Shown here: positions 35,750 to 45,468 of the stretch, piece by piece | Numbering within the stretch: the first letter of the stretch is position 1 | Layout: each line of letters starts with the position of its first letter | Assembly (NCBI GenBank): GCA_033791425.1 | Contig: JASJGQ010000356.1 | Coordinates: forward strand, 1 to 49,429 | Direction: 5' to 3' | DNA length: 49,429 nucleotides | Origin: Acidobacteriota bacterium | GTDB lineage: Bacteria; Acidobacteriota; Thermoanaerobaculia; Thermoanaerobaculales; Sulfomarinibacteraceae | Translations under genes and position numbers: made by a program | The notes under the pieces: model-generated | What the model was told of the DNA's origin: nothing | Databases searched by the model: none | Seen by the model: only the letters and a program-made list of their open reading frames with translations

Positions 35750-37859
35750 AACGGGCGATGAACGAGCGGTGACCGGGCTGCGGGCGTTCTGGAAACGAAA
35801 CTACAAAGAGAATCGATTCCTGGTCAGCGCCTTCGTGTTCTTGATGGCGCTTTCTGGGGGTGGCTTCTATCTGCTGCAGCGGGCCCGTGAGGCCTCTCCC
35901 GAGGAACTCACAAACCGCCTTCTGCTGTTTGTGCTGTGGTACCTCGATATCTCGCTCATCGTCATCCTCAGCTTTATGCTCCTCAGAAACCTGCTGCGCT
36001 TGGCAGTCGAGCGCAAAACCGGCGTCCTCGGGAGCCGCTTCCGCACCAAGCTCGTCCTGACCTATGTCGGTCTGACCTTTGTTCCGGTGATCTTGATCTT
36101 TCTGATTGCCACCAATTTTCTCCAGGGATCGATCGATCGCTGGTTCTCAGCACCCGTCGAGACCATTCTCCGCGGTGGTGCCGAGGTCACTGTAGAACTC
36201 CGGGAACTGGTCGAGGAGAATCTCGAACGCCAGGCCGAGGTGGCCGCCGAAGAACTCAGACGCAGCCGGGGCCAAACCGATCTCGTCCGACTCCAGCGCC
36301 TTCTCGGGGTGGACCTCGTGGCCGTGTATTCCGATCAAAGCCTTCAGGAGGCCGTGGCCGACCCGCGCAGGATACCGGCTTCGCTCCCGCCCCTGCGGTG
36401 GGAGACCCTGCCACCATCAGATGTCCGATCGGATCGCTGGCGTGGGGGGCTCTTGATCCGAGCCTGGAGCCCGATCGACGACGACTCGCATGTCGTCGTT
36501 GGCGACATGCTGCCCAGTGAGTTGCTCCTTCATCTGGAAAACGCCATTGCCGCCCATGCGCAGTTTCAGGAGATGAAACAGACTCAGGGGACCATTACGG
36601 CTACCACCATACTGGTGCTGTTGGCGGTCACTCTGCTGCTGCTGTTTGCGACTGTCTGGGTCGGTCTCTATTTGTCCCGTCGATTCACCGAACCGCTGTT
36701 GGCTGTGGCCGGCGCCACCCAGCGGGTCGCCGAGGGCGATGCGCTCGAAGAGGTGGACGTACCCGCCTCCGACGAGATGGCCGTGTTGGTGGCCTCGTTC
36801 AACGCGATGGTTCGTAGGGTCCGATCCTCCGAAGCGGAGATCCTCGCATCCAACCAGGAGCTCGCCACGTTGTTGACGACTGTACCGACCGGGGTGTTGT
36901 CTGTGGATGCTGGTGGGACCCGGTTTCGACCCAATCCCGCGGCAGCGAGAATGCTCGGGAACACGGGGTGGGCGGACACGTGGCACGCTCTCGATAAACT
37001 CAACCACCCCGGTTTGGAAGAGCTATACGAACGACTGCTGACCGGCCAGCCGGAAAACCTGCGCTGCGAGCTCGATCTGCACCCCGGGGGTGAATCCTTC
37101 CACGTCGATATCACGTCACGTCCGTTGCCCGGCGGTGGCAGGGTGGTTGCTATCGACGACTTCACCCAGCTCATGCAGGCCCAGCGCCAGGCCGCGTGGA
37201 GCGAGGTTGCGCAACGAATCGCGCACGAGATCCGCAATCCTTTGACGCCCATCCGGCTCGCCGCCGAGCGGATCCAGAAGCGCGCGGCAAACCTCGACGA
37301 CGAGATGCGTACCATCGTCACTACCGGCTGCGAAGCGATCGTGGCCCAAGTGTCGGGACTCAAGGAGTTGGTGGACTCTTTTCAGCAGTACGCGCGGATG
37401 CCCTCTCTCGCGCCCCAGCCGACAGACATCGGGCGCATCTTGCGCGAGTTGTGTTCGTTGTACAACGGTGTCCGACCGGGCCTCGAGGTCACGGCAGATC
37501 TCCTCGAGGAACCGATCACGGCAATGGTGGACCCTGTGTTGCTTCGCCAGGCGCTGGTCAACCTGCTCGAGAACGCCGCCGCTGCAATTCCCGATGCTGG
37601 TCACGTGCTGATTTCGGCCCGCGGTGAGGATGACGATGTGATCCTCGTGGTTGAAGACACGGGCGTCGGTCTGCCGACGGAAGATAGCGCGGTTCTCCTC
37701 GAGCCCTTTTTCTCAACCAAGGGCAGGGGGTCCGGGATGGGGCTGGCGATGGTCCATCGCGTGGTCACGGACCACGGCGGCAGCCTCGAACTCGAGAGCC
37801 TCGAGCCCGCCGGGGCGCGCGTGCGCATCGTGCTGGCAGGCGCTCGTCTCGCGCCATAG
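35742..37859 (+). CDS. NtrY-like sensor histidine kinase (multi-TM, HAMP, PAS, HisKA, HATPase)
   Basis: H-box AHEIRNPLTPIRLAAERIQKR is NtrY-type. N box LVNLLENAAAA, G boxes VEDTGVGL and GRGSGMGLAMV. Start set to in-frame GTG 35742 (8-nt overlap with the upstream gene). ORF-track 35643 would overlap the upstream gene by about 100 nt. Confidence 0.8.
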   Translation: MNETGDERAVTGLRAFWKRNYKENRFLVSAFVFLMALSGGGFYLLQRAREASPEELTNRLLLFVLWYLDISLIVILSFMLLRNLLRLAVERKTGVLGSRFRTKLVLTYVGLTFVPVILIFLIATNFLQGSIDRWFSAPVETILRGGAEVTVELRELVEENLERQAEVAAEELRRSRGQTDLVRLQRLLGVDLVAVYSDQSLQEAVADPRRIPASLPPLRWETLPPSDVRSDRWRGGLLIRAWSPIDDDSHVVVGDMLPSELLLHLENAIAAHAQFQEMKQTQGTITATTILVLLAVTLLLLFATVWVGLYLSRRFTEPLLAVAGATQRVAEGDALEEVDVPASDEMAVLVASFNAMVRRVRSSEAEILASNQELATLLTTVPTGVLSVDAGGTRFRPNPAAARMLGNTGWADTWHALDKLNHPGLEELYERLLTGQPENLRCELDLHPGGESFHVDITSRPLPGGGRVVAIDDFTQLMQAQRQAAWSEVAQRIAHEIRNPLTPIRLAAERIQKRAANLDDEMRTIVTTGCEAIVAQVSGLKELVDSFQQYARMPSLAPQPTDIGRILRELCSLYNGVRPGLEVTADLLEEPITAMVDPVLLRQALVNLLENAAAAIPDAGHVLISARGEDDDVILVVEDTGVGLPTEDSAVLLEPFFSTKGRGSGMGLAMVHRVVTDHGGSLELESLEPAGARVRIVLAGARLAP

Positions 37860-37933
37860 CCCTGAGGGCCCGCCTCCCCTTCATCACTGTGGGCCGTTGA
37901 CCCTTTCGGCACCCCCTTGATACCATCGTTGTT

Positions 37934-40057
37934 ATGGCATACCCCGGCAACCCCGAGCTCTCTCCACAAGCCCAGGACCGTGTCATGACCGCATTCCGGC
38001 AGGTGGTCGGCAAACTCCAGGAGGGAAATCGAGAGGAGGCCTTGATCGGGTTGGAGTTCGTTCTCCGTCTCGACCCGGCCTACGCACCGGCTCAAAACCT
38101 CCACAAACAGCTGTCCTCGGGGGCCGACGAGATCGACCTCGACGACATCGTTTCCCAGCTCCATGCACCCACCACGGACGCCATCAACAGCCTGTTGGTG
38201 GAAGCAGTCGAGGACTTCAACAACCGCGATTTCTCGGCGGCACGGCAAAAGGTCGATCAGGTTCTTCTCGATCTCCCGGGACATCAGGAGGCGCGCCAAC
38301 TGCTCCGCGAGATCGAAGGCGCAACCAAGGGAGACACCCAGGTCAGGAATTTCCTCGATCAGGCGAGCGAGGCACTGCGCGCCGGAGACTCGCAGGAAGC
38401 CGCCAATTTTGTGATGATGGCGCAGGCCCTGGATCCCCGTCATCGGGACATCGCTCCCACCCTTGCCGAGATCGAAGCCGCCGGTGAGGTTTCTTTGTCA
38501 CGTGCCGGTTTCGCCCCGCAGGACGCGGGAGAAGACACGGCCGATTTTTCCCCACCTGCCGCCCCCGCCTCCGATTTCGGCGCCGTCGAGATCGCTTCCG
38601 AAATGTTCGCCGACACGACCGCTCCCCCATCCGCAGAACCCGAAGAAGAAGAACCCGGAGATGTGGAGCCGCCGGACTTCTCGTCGGAGGACGCGGCGCC
38701 CATGTTCGACGCCGCGCCGGAGAGCCCGGCGCCTCCCCCGGACGTGGCGGAGGAACCCTATTACGAAGAAACCGTGAGCAAGGTCTCGGATCTCTTTAAA
38801 CAAACACCCGATACTCTTGAGTCCGCCACCGTCGAAAAAGACGGCGGCGAGAAACAGAAGATCCGCGAACTGCTGTCACTCGGCGGCACGGCGGCAGCCG
38901 CAGACGACTATGCCGCAGCCATCGATGCCTGGTCGCGAATTTTTCTCATCGACCCCGACCACGAAGAAGCGAACGACCGCATCGAGCATATCCGCCTCGC
39001 CAAGGAAGAGCTGGAGCGCCGTCTCGAGCCCCTGCTAGCCGATGCTCTCGACGCCCATGATAGCGGGAATGACGCCACCACCCGCGATTTTGTCGATCGC
39101 ATTCTCGAGCTGGCTCCAAATCACGTTGATGCCAGCCGCCTGGCCGATCAACTGGAGAGTCCGAGCAGCGGCGGAGCCGACATGCCCGAACTCGAGGACG
39201 ATCTGTTCAACGATGATTTCAGCGCCACCGCCGATTTTGGCGCCTACATCAGCCAGCGATCCACAACCCTCGAGGGCGAACGGCGCACCCCGAAAAAGCC
39301 CAAACGCAGGTCGGGCTGGCAGTGGTGGGCGATCATCAGTGGTGTCGGTGTCATCGTGATCTCCTTCAGCCTTTGGGTCGCCTCAAGCCTGATGCCCGAA
39401 AAGGCGCCACCGGAGAAACGCATCGACGTCGTAAATCGAGTGCTTATCCAGGCCGCCAATCTGTACGACAAGGGTCAGATCGAAGAGGCGATCGTCCTGC
39501 TCGAACAGAACTCGATGGATGACCCTTTCCAGTCGCGAGTCGACAAACAAATCAACGATTATCGACTAAAGGTGGCGACACCGGTACCGACCCCTATTCC
39601 GGAAGGTCTGGCGACCTGCAGGGAGCTGCTCGCCGAGGGGCGCTGGATGGCTGCGTACCAACGCGTCAAGGCCGAGCTGAGGCTGTTCCCGAACGACCCT
39701 GGTCTGGAGAGGGTCCGGCTCGAGATCCTCGAGGTCGAGCCGGAGGCCGCGGCGCTTCACAGTGCGGTGGCGAAGGGCAACTTCCGGGCCGCAATTGCCA
39801 TCTGTCGCGACCTGCTGGAGAAGCGACCGGATGACGCGGAAGTGGTCGATTTTTATGAGCGCACCCTGTTCAACGCCGGCATGGCCGAGCTGCGCGCCTT
39901 CAACCTCCCCCAATCGGAGGGCTACCTCGCGGAGCTCGCCCAAATGCAACCGGACGACGTCGAGGTGCAGCGGGTTCTCGAGTTCGTCGAGACGTATAAA
40001 TCGAGACCCGTCGACATGCAGCTCGAGATCTTTGTCGGAAGCATGGCCTCGAGATGA
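37934..40057 (+). CDS. TPR-repeat protein with acidic/Pro-rich disordered centre and one TM helix
   Basis: 707 aa. TPR-like helical repeats occur on both sides, for example EEALIGLEFVLRLDPAYAPA, DYAAAIDAWSRIFLIDPDHEEA and GNFRAAIAICRDLLEKRPDDAEV. TM helix WQWWAIISGVGVIVISFSLWVASSL. No catalytic motif recognised. Confidence 0.7.
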   Translation: MAYPGNPELSPQAQDRVMTAFRQVVGKLQEGNREEALIGLEFVLRLDPAYAPAQNLHKQLSSGADEIDLDDIVSQLHAPTTDAINSLLVEAVEDFNNRDFSAARQKVDQVLLDLPGHQEARQLLREIEGATKGDTQVRNFLDQASEALRAGDSQEAANFVMMAQALDPRHRDIAPTLAEIEAAGEVSLSRAGFAPQDAGEDTADFSPPAAPASDFGAVEIASEMFADTTAPPSAEPEEEEPGDVEPPDFSSEDAAPMFDAAPESPAPPPDVAEEPYYEETVSKVSDLFKQTPDTLESATVEKDGGEKQKIRELLSLGGTAAAADDYAAAIDAWSRIFLIDPDHEEANDRIEHIRLAKEELERRLEPLLADALDAHDSGNDATTRDFVDRILELAPNHVDASRLADQLESPSSGGADMPELEDDLFNDDFSATADFGAYISQRSTTLEGERRTPKKPKRRSGWQWWAIISGVGVIVISFSLWVASSLMPEKAPPEKRIDVVNRVLIQAANLYDKGQIEEAIVLLEQNSMDDPFQSRVDKQINDYRLKVATPVPTPIPEGLATCRELLAEGRWMAAYQRVKAELRLFPNDPGLERVRLEILEVEPEAAALHSAVAKGNFRAAIAICRDLLEKRPDDAEVVDFYERTLFNAGMAELRAFNLPQSEGYLAELAQMQPDDVEVQRVLEFVETYKSRPVDMQLEIFVGSMASR

Positions 40058-40536
40058 ATGATCCCCCGGGTGAAATCCCCCACGACTGGGACTCGTTACC
40101 CGATCGCGAGACCGGGGGTCCAGTCGAAAGTGTTCCGGATCCCTACGACGATCCCGAACCCCCAGCGCTCATGCTCATGGCTGCTTCGTGGGCGGACCTC
40201 GTCGGTATATTGGCGGTGTGCACGGGGAGTTTGATCGCTGTGATGGCTCTCGGACAGCGACCTGCACTGGCGGCGTTTGGGTGGGCTGCTTTTCTCGCGC
40301 TCCTGTGGTGGTCGTGTGCGGCGGCGGTTCTGGTGGTGGTTCGACAGGGAACGCCCGGCATGTTGCTCGCCGGAATACGGTTCTTTGAAACGGTCCGGCC
40401 CCAGCGGGTGCCCCGGGTGCTTGCAGCCGCCCTGTTCGGCGTAGTGACCCTTGGCCTGCCGGGTCTTCTCGGGGCGCATCTGTCGCCGTTGCGGGCCGCG
40501 GCGGCGGTGGATATCGTCGCCGACACCCCGGACTGA
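40054..40536 (+). CDS. RDD-family-like small membrane protein
   Basis: ATGA overlap with the upstream gene. Three TM segments. VVVRQGTPGMLLAGIRF resembles the RDD-family G.TPGM..LG.R motif. Confidence 0.5.
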   Translation: MNDPPGEIPHDWDSLPDRETGGPVESVPDPYDDPEPPALMLMAASWADLVGILAVCTGSLIAVMALGQRPALAAFGWAAFLALLWWSCAAAVLVVVRQGTPGMLLAGIRFFETVRPQRVPRVLAAALFGVVTLGLPGLLGAHLSPLRAAAAVDIVADTPD

Positions 40537-40785
40537 TCGCCCACTCCTGCCCCGGTGTTGCGAACACCATTCCGCTGCGATCGGACGCCGACGTCGTGTG
40601 TGGAGCGGCGGTGGTGCCGGTCGACTCCCAACCTCGTACCCGATACCATCGCGGTCGCGCTGATTGGCTGGCTCGCTCGGGTTTTGGATCGGACTGACGG
40701 TCCCGCACTGGCCTCCCGACGGCCGCCGCCGTCTTCCCAGGGGGGCAATATCGACTTCTCCAGGCGACTGGGCTACGTTGGAGAG

Positions 40786-41565
40786 GTGCAAGCCCTCGAC
40801 GCATCCGACACCTCTGGCAAACGGCTGAGCGTTGTTATTCCGGCGTTTAACGAGGCCGACCGCCTCGGGCCGACTCTCGAACGGGTGACGTCCTTTCTTG
40901 CTGGTGCTCGACGATGGCGGCCGGCGGAGATCCTGGTGGTTGACGACGGGTCGTCAGACCTCACCGCCGAACTCGCCCGATCACACACGGTCATCGAAGG
41001 CGTCGATCTCGCGGTTGCTGTTCACCCCGTCAATCGCGGCAAGGGCGCGGCCGTTCGCACCGGCTTTTCCCGCTCCTCCGGCGAGTGGGTCCTGCTCACC
41101 GACGCCGACATGTCGGCGCCCATCGAAGACCTCACGGTCTTGGCCGCAGCCGCCGGACCCGACGCCGTGGCGGTCGGATCGCGCGCTGTCGACCGCCGCC
41201 TGGTGACGGAGCGGCAGCCGCTGCACCGCGATCTCATGGGGCGTACATTCAACCTCGCGATCCGCGCCCTCGGTTTGACCCGGCTCAGCGACACCCAGTG
41301 CGGCTTCAAGCTGTTTCCGGGCGATCTCGCCCGCCGCCTCGCCTCTGCGCAGCAGCTGGACGGCTTTTCGTTCGACGTGGAACTCCTGGTGCTGGCCAGG
41401 CACTGGGGTTATCACGTTGAAGAGGTCGGGGTACATTGGCAACACGTCGAGGCGTCGCGGGTCATGGCCATTCGCCATTCGAGCCAGATGCTGCGCGATG
41501 CTCTCAAACTGTGGTGGTGGCGGACGAGCCGACGACTTCCCGCGGAACCCCGGGGCGTTTCGTGA
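40786..41565 (+). CDS. Family 2 glycosyltransferase (polyprenyl-phosphate glycosyltransferase-like)
   Basis: KRLSVVIPAFNEADRLGPTL, EILVVDDGSSDLT, VLLTDADMS (DxD), GFKLF, FSFDVELLVLA. The start is uncertain: GTG 40786 was chosen because the ORF-track N-terminus (from 40555) is Arg/Cys/Pro-rich and non-protein-like. Confidence 0.75.
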   Translation: MQALDASDTSGKRLSVVIPAFNEADRLGPTLERVTSFLAGARRWRPAEILVVDDGSSDLTAELARSHTVIEGVDLAVAVHPVNRGKGAAVRTGFSRSSGEWVLLTDADMSAPIEDLTVLAAAAGPDAVAVGSRAVDRRLVTERQPLHRDLMGRTFNLAIRALGLTRLSDTQCGFKLFPGDLARRLASAQQLDGFSFDVELLVLARHWGYHVEEVGVHWQHVEASRVMAIRHSSQMLRDALKLWWWRTSRRLPAEPRGVS

Positions 41566-42494
41566 CTTCCAACGACCGTGAGGGCGAGCGCGAAATCTGG
41601 CTGGTCGACCGTTTTCTCGAGCACCTCGAATGGGAGCGCAACCTCTCGCCGCCGACCCTTCGCGCCTACCGTCGCGAAGCTCTGACTTTCGTCGATTTTG
41701 CTGTCATGGCCATCGCGGAATCAACACCGACAGCGGTGACCCCTCGGACGCTACGGTCGTATCTGGCCCATCTCCACTCCCGCGGTCTTGCGCCGAGATC
41801 GGTGGCGCGCGCCCTGGCCTCATTGCGCACCTACTTCAGCTTCCTGGTCGCCGAAGGCGTGGTGGAGTCCAACCCCGCCGCTGCCGTGCCCCACCCTCGA
41901 GGGACACAACCCACGCCGGCGGTTGCGGACCGATACGCCATCGAGGAGCTGATGGAGGGCTTTGCGGACACCCCGGTGGGCCGACGTGATCGGGCTGCAA
42001 TCGAACTGTTGTACGCAGCCGGGCTACGGGTCGGCGAACTGGTCGGGCTCGACCTTGGCGATGTTCGCCTCTCGCAACGCACCCTCCGGGTTCGCGGAAA
42101 AGGGCGCAAAGAGCGCCTGGTGCCGTTCGGGCGCCCGGCGGCTGCGGCCATTGAAGCCTACCTCCCGGATCGTGCGGGGTGGCGACAGCCGGCAGATGAC
42201 GAGGACGAGCCCCTCTTTGTCAACCAGCGGGGAGGACGTCTCAGCGACCGATCAGTACGCCGGCTTCTCGACGCCGCCGTCCGTCGCTCCGCCGATCTCG
42301 CCCACCTCCACCCCCATGCCCTGCGTCACGCGTTCGCGACCCACCTCCTCGAGGCCGGTATGGATCTGCGAGCCATCCAGGAGCTCCTCGGCCACAGCTC
42401 GCTCGCCACCACCCAGGTCTACACCCGGGTCGACCTCGCCCACCTCATGGCTGTCCACCGACGAAGTCACCCCAAGGCACGAGACCCCGACTGA
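41562..42494 (+). CDS. xerC: Chromosome-dimer-resolution tyrosine recombinase XerC/XerD
   Basis: FLEHLEWERNLSPPTLRAYRRE, RDRAAIELLYAAGLRVGELVGL, HPHALRHAFATHLLEAGMDLRAIQELLGHSSLATTQVYTRV (R..HxxR..Y catalytic set). GTGA overlap with the upstream stop. XerC and XerD cannot be told apart by eye. Confidence 0.85.
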   Translation: MTSNDREGEREIWLVDRFLEHLEWERNLSPPTLRAYRREALTFVDFAVMAIAESTPTAVTPRTLRSYLAHLHSRGLAPRSVARALASLRTYFSFLVAEGVVESNPAAAVPHPRGTQPTPAVADRYAIEELMEGFADTPVGRRDRAAIELLYAAGLRVGELVGLDLGDVRLSQRTLRVRGKGRKERLVPFGRPAAAAIEAYLPDRAGWRQPADDEDEPLFVNQRGGRLSDRSVRRLLDAAVRRSADLAHLHPHALRHAFATHLLEAGMDLRAIQELLGHSSLATTQVYTRVDLAHLMAVHRRSHPKARDPD

Positions 42495-42702
42495 CTCGCC
42501 CGGACGCCTCACCCAATTTCGTGCCGTGGGCGGAGAAACGCAAGTAACCGTTGGGTTTGTCGAGAACTGGGCTCCACAGTCGTAGTTGCGCTCCGTTGAG
42601 GAGGGCACTTTGCGACAAGCGCCGCGGGACGACGCGATTCGCCGTCCGCAGAGACACCTGGTGAGACGTCCGGACCGGCCTTTGGTGGAGACTGCGCACC
42701 GG

Positions 42703-42948
42703 TCAGTGCGTGACCGGCTCGGCAACCAGGATTCTGCTGTCGCGCGGCGAACCCGTGATGACCCAGATGGATCCGCTGTACTGAAATTCCGCCCCCAGGC
42801 CGACCGGTTCGTCGGCCGGGAAAATCAGCAACTCAGCGGTCGCCCCCCAGTCTGCAATCACGAGATTCGCGCGCCGGGCGCGCGGCGCATACGGGTCGTG
42901 ATCGTTCGCTGAGATGGGGTGGCCCCCACTGATGATTCGTCGCGTCAT
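42703..42948 (-). CDS. Hypothetical 81-aa protein
   Basis: ATG with a weak purine-rich stretch upstream (GAGGGTCAGGG). Moderate GC3. Same strand as, and 77 nt downstream of, trmFO. No motif recognised, so it may not be a real gene. Confidence 0.35.
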   Translation of the reverse strand: MTRRIISGGHPISANDHDPYAPRARRANLVIADWGATAELLIFPADEPVGLGAEFQYSGSIWVITGSPRDSRILVAEPVTH

Positions 42949-43025
42949 AAACCCTGACCCTCTTCTTCAATAACGGATTCGGAGGGCAAAGGTTCACACC
43001 GCGTGTGAGGGAAGGCCAAATAGTC

Positions 43026-44369
43026 TCAAGTATTTGTATCGGAAAGCCCCGCATCCCACTGTCGGATCAAAACGAGGGAGCGCTCAGCGTGGGCCAGACG
43101 GCGCGGCCGACGGCCGCGAATCTGGGCCAGGTCAGGCGGCGTCGCCATGAGGCCCCAGTTGATATTGGAGGGCTGGAAATCCTTCGGGTCGCCGTCGATG
43201 AGATGGCGAAGAAGACCGCCGTGGGCGGTCTCGAGCGGGGGCGGTTGGTATTCGCGACCTTGGAGCTCGTCGGCCAACGACCTTCCGGCAAGGAGGCCCG
43301 TCGCTGCCGATTCCACATAGCCCTCGACGCCCGTCATCTGCCCGGCGAGCCGAATATCCGGCCGTTCCAGCAGGCGTAGCGACCGGTCGAGAAACCGTGG
43401 CGCATTGATGAAGGTGTTGCGGTGGATCATCCCGAGCCGCACAAACTTCGCATCAGCAAAACCCGGCAGGGTGGAAAAGATCCGTTTCTGCTCGGGGTGG
43501 GTGAGCTTGGTCTGAAATCCAACAATGTTCCAGTGTTCTGCGGCGAGATCGTCCTGTCGCAGTTGCACCACAGCCCACGGTCGGCGCCCGGTTGCCGGAT
43601 CCTCCAAACCTACAGGTTTCATGGGTCCGTAACGAAGCGTCTCGCGCCCGCGTTCGGCCATGACCTCGATCGGCAAACAGCCTTCGAAATATTTGATATC
43701 CTCCTGCTCGAAGTCGTTAAAAGGCACCTTTTCTGCGGCCAGTAGCTGATCAATGAACAGCTCGTACGCGTCACGATCGAGGGCTGCGTTCAGGTAGTCC
43801 GCCCCTTCGCCCTTGCCATATCTCGATGCGGCAAACAGTTGGTTCATATCCAGGGAATCGGCGGCCACAATCGGGGCGATGGCGTCAAAAAACGACAACG
43901 CCGATTCGCCGAGGAGTTCGTCGAGAGCTTGGTGAAGCGCTGGTGAGGTCAATGGCCCGGTGGCGATGATTGCCGGTCCGTCGGGAAGCTGGGTGACCTC
44001 GCGCCGTTCGATCCGGATGCCCGGGTGCTCATGAATGGCTTCGGTGACGGCACGTGAGAAAATATCTCGGTCCACGGCGAGGGCCCCCCCTGCCGGTACG
44101 GCTGCAGCCCTCGCCGACCTGAGAATCAGCGACCCGAGAATTTCCATCTCGGCTTTGAGCACACCCACCGCGTTCGTGGGCCCATCACCGCGGAGGGAGT
44201 TCGAGCACACCAGTTCGGCCAAAAACTCCCCGCGGTGGACGGGGGTCCGCCGTTCTGGGCGCATCTCGACGAGACACACGTCGACTCCCGCCTCTGCGAG
44301 CTGCCACGCAGCCTCGCAGCCGGCGAGGCCGCCGCCAACCACCATGGCGCTCCCCGGTCGGGATGTCAT
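43026..44369 (-). CDS. trmFO: Methylenetetrahydrofolate--tRNA-(uracil-5-)-methyltransferase TrmFO
   Basis: [19 protein letters not shown] (FAD fold), [43 protein letters not shown]. Confidence 0.92.
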   Translation of the reverse strand: MTSRPGSAMVVGGGLAGCEAAWQLAEAGVDVCLVEMRPERRTPVHRGEFLAELVCSNSLRGDGPTNAVGVLKAEMEILGSLILRSARAAAVPAGGALAVDRDIFSRAVTEAIHEHPGIRIERREVTQLPDGPAIIATGPLTSPALHQALDELLGESALSFFDAIAPIVAADSLDMNQLFAASRYGKGEGADYLNAALDRDAYELFIDQLLAAEKVPFNDFEQEDIKYFEGCLPIEVMAERGRETLRYGPMKPVGLEDPATGRRPWAVVQLRQDDLAAEHWNIVGFQTKLTHPEQKRIFSTLPGFADAKFVRLGMIHRNTFINAPRFLDRSLRLLERPDIRLAGQMTGVEGYVESAATGLLAGRSLADELQGREYQPPPLETAHGGLLRHLIDGDPKDFQPSNINWGLMATPPDLAQIRGRRPRRLAHAERSLVLIRQWDAGLSDTNT

Positions 44370-45436
44370 GTGTCTCCCGGCGGGTCGGCGGAGGTCGATG
44401 AATACCTGCCGTCGGAGAGACGCCGGAGGTCGCCCGAGAGTTCGAGATCGAGGAGGCGGGCCGTCACCTCCGCAACACTCCTCCCCGTCCGGGCCGCAAT
44501 CTCATCGGCCGTCAGGGCCTCGCCCGGTGCGATCCCCATGTCGGTCTCCGGCCGAGAAGCTCCGGCCGCATCAGCAGGTTGCACGCCCAGTGCGTCAAAC
44601 AGGTCCCGGGGGGTGAGGAGCGGGCGCGCGCCAACTCGGAGGAGCGTATTCGGCCCGACCGACAGCTCGGAGAAGATGTTGCCCGGGACTGCCAGCACCT
44701 CGCGGCCCTCTTCCATTGCCAGACGGGCGGTAATGAGGGCGCCCGAGCGGGCTGCTGCCTCGACCACAACGGTGGCTTGCGACAACCCGGCGAGGATGCG
44801 ATTGCGTTCTGGAAAGTGGTGTTTTCGGGGGGGCGTCCCCGGGGGGTACTCGGTGATCAAAGCACCGTGGGACGCCACCTCCTCGGCCAGATCGGCGTGT
44901 TCTGGTGGGTAGACGCGGTCCGGGCCGGACCCCCAGATCGCCCAGCTGAGGCCACCCACCCGCAGGGCTCCGCGGTGGGCCTCAGCGTCGACGCCGCGGG
45001 CCATGCCGGACACCGTAATCACGCCGGCGCGGCCCAATTCCTCTCCGAGAAGGCGGGCCACCTGGAGGCCGTAGGGGGTCGCCTTTCGCGATCCTACGAT
45101 GGAAACAGCGGGCTTGTCCGAAAGTTCACCGCACACAAAAAGCCCGAGTGGTGGGTCAACCATGGATGCCAGGAGGCGAGGATATTCAGCGTCACCGGGC
45201 ACCAGCCACCGCCAACCCGCCGCGGCTACACGATCGAGCACCGTTCGCGCCTCGTCAGCCGCCAGACTACGTGCAGCATCGATTACGGCCGGCCCCACGC
45301 CGCGAGCTGGAAGAGCCGACTCGAGGGCCTCATCCGGTGGCGCGACCGCAGCTGCGCGCCGGACTGCGGCCCCGCCGCCGGCGAGCAAGAGACCGAGACG
45401 GAAAAAATGTTGGTCGGTGTGATGCATCGCACTCAT
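44366..45436 (-). CDS. dprA: DNA-processing protein DprA (Smf)
   Basis: [69 protein letters not shown], and a C-terminal winged-helix [26 protein letters not shown]. Start trimmed to ATG 45436. ATGA overlap with trmFO. Confidence 0.88.
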   Translation of the reverse strand: MSAMHHTDQHFFRLGLLLAGGGAAVRRAAAVAPPDEALESALPARGVGPAVIDAARSLAADEARTVLDRVAAAGWRWLVPGDAEYPRLLASMVDPPLGLFVCGELSDKPAVSIVGSRKATPYGLQVARLLGEELGRAGVITVSGMARGVDAEAHRGALRVGGLSWAIWGSGPDRVYPPEHADLAEEVASHGALITEYPPGTPPRKHHFPERNRILAGLSQATVVVEAAARSGALITARLAMEEGREVLAVPGNIFSELSVGPNTLLRVGARPLLTPRDLFDALGVQPADAAGASRPETDMGIAPGEALTADEIAARTGRSVAEVTARLLDLELSGDLRRLSDGRYSSTSADPPGDT

Positions 45437-45468
45437 GGTAACCGGTTTGGTGCGGGTATACTCAGTCC

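Noticed and set aside
41562-42494. Tyrosine recombinase as a marker of an integrated mobile element
   Set aside because: The sequence has the XerC/XerD-type ending (LLGHSSLATTQVYTRV). It is translationally coupled to a housekeeping-type glycosyltransferase. No att-like repeats, phage genes or cargo genes flank it. It is a chromosomal Xer recombinase.
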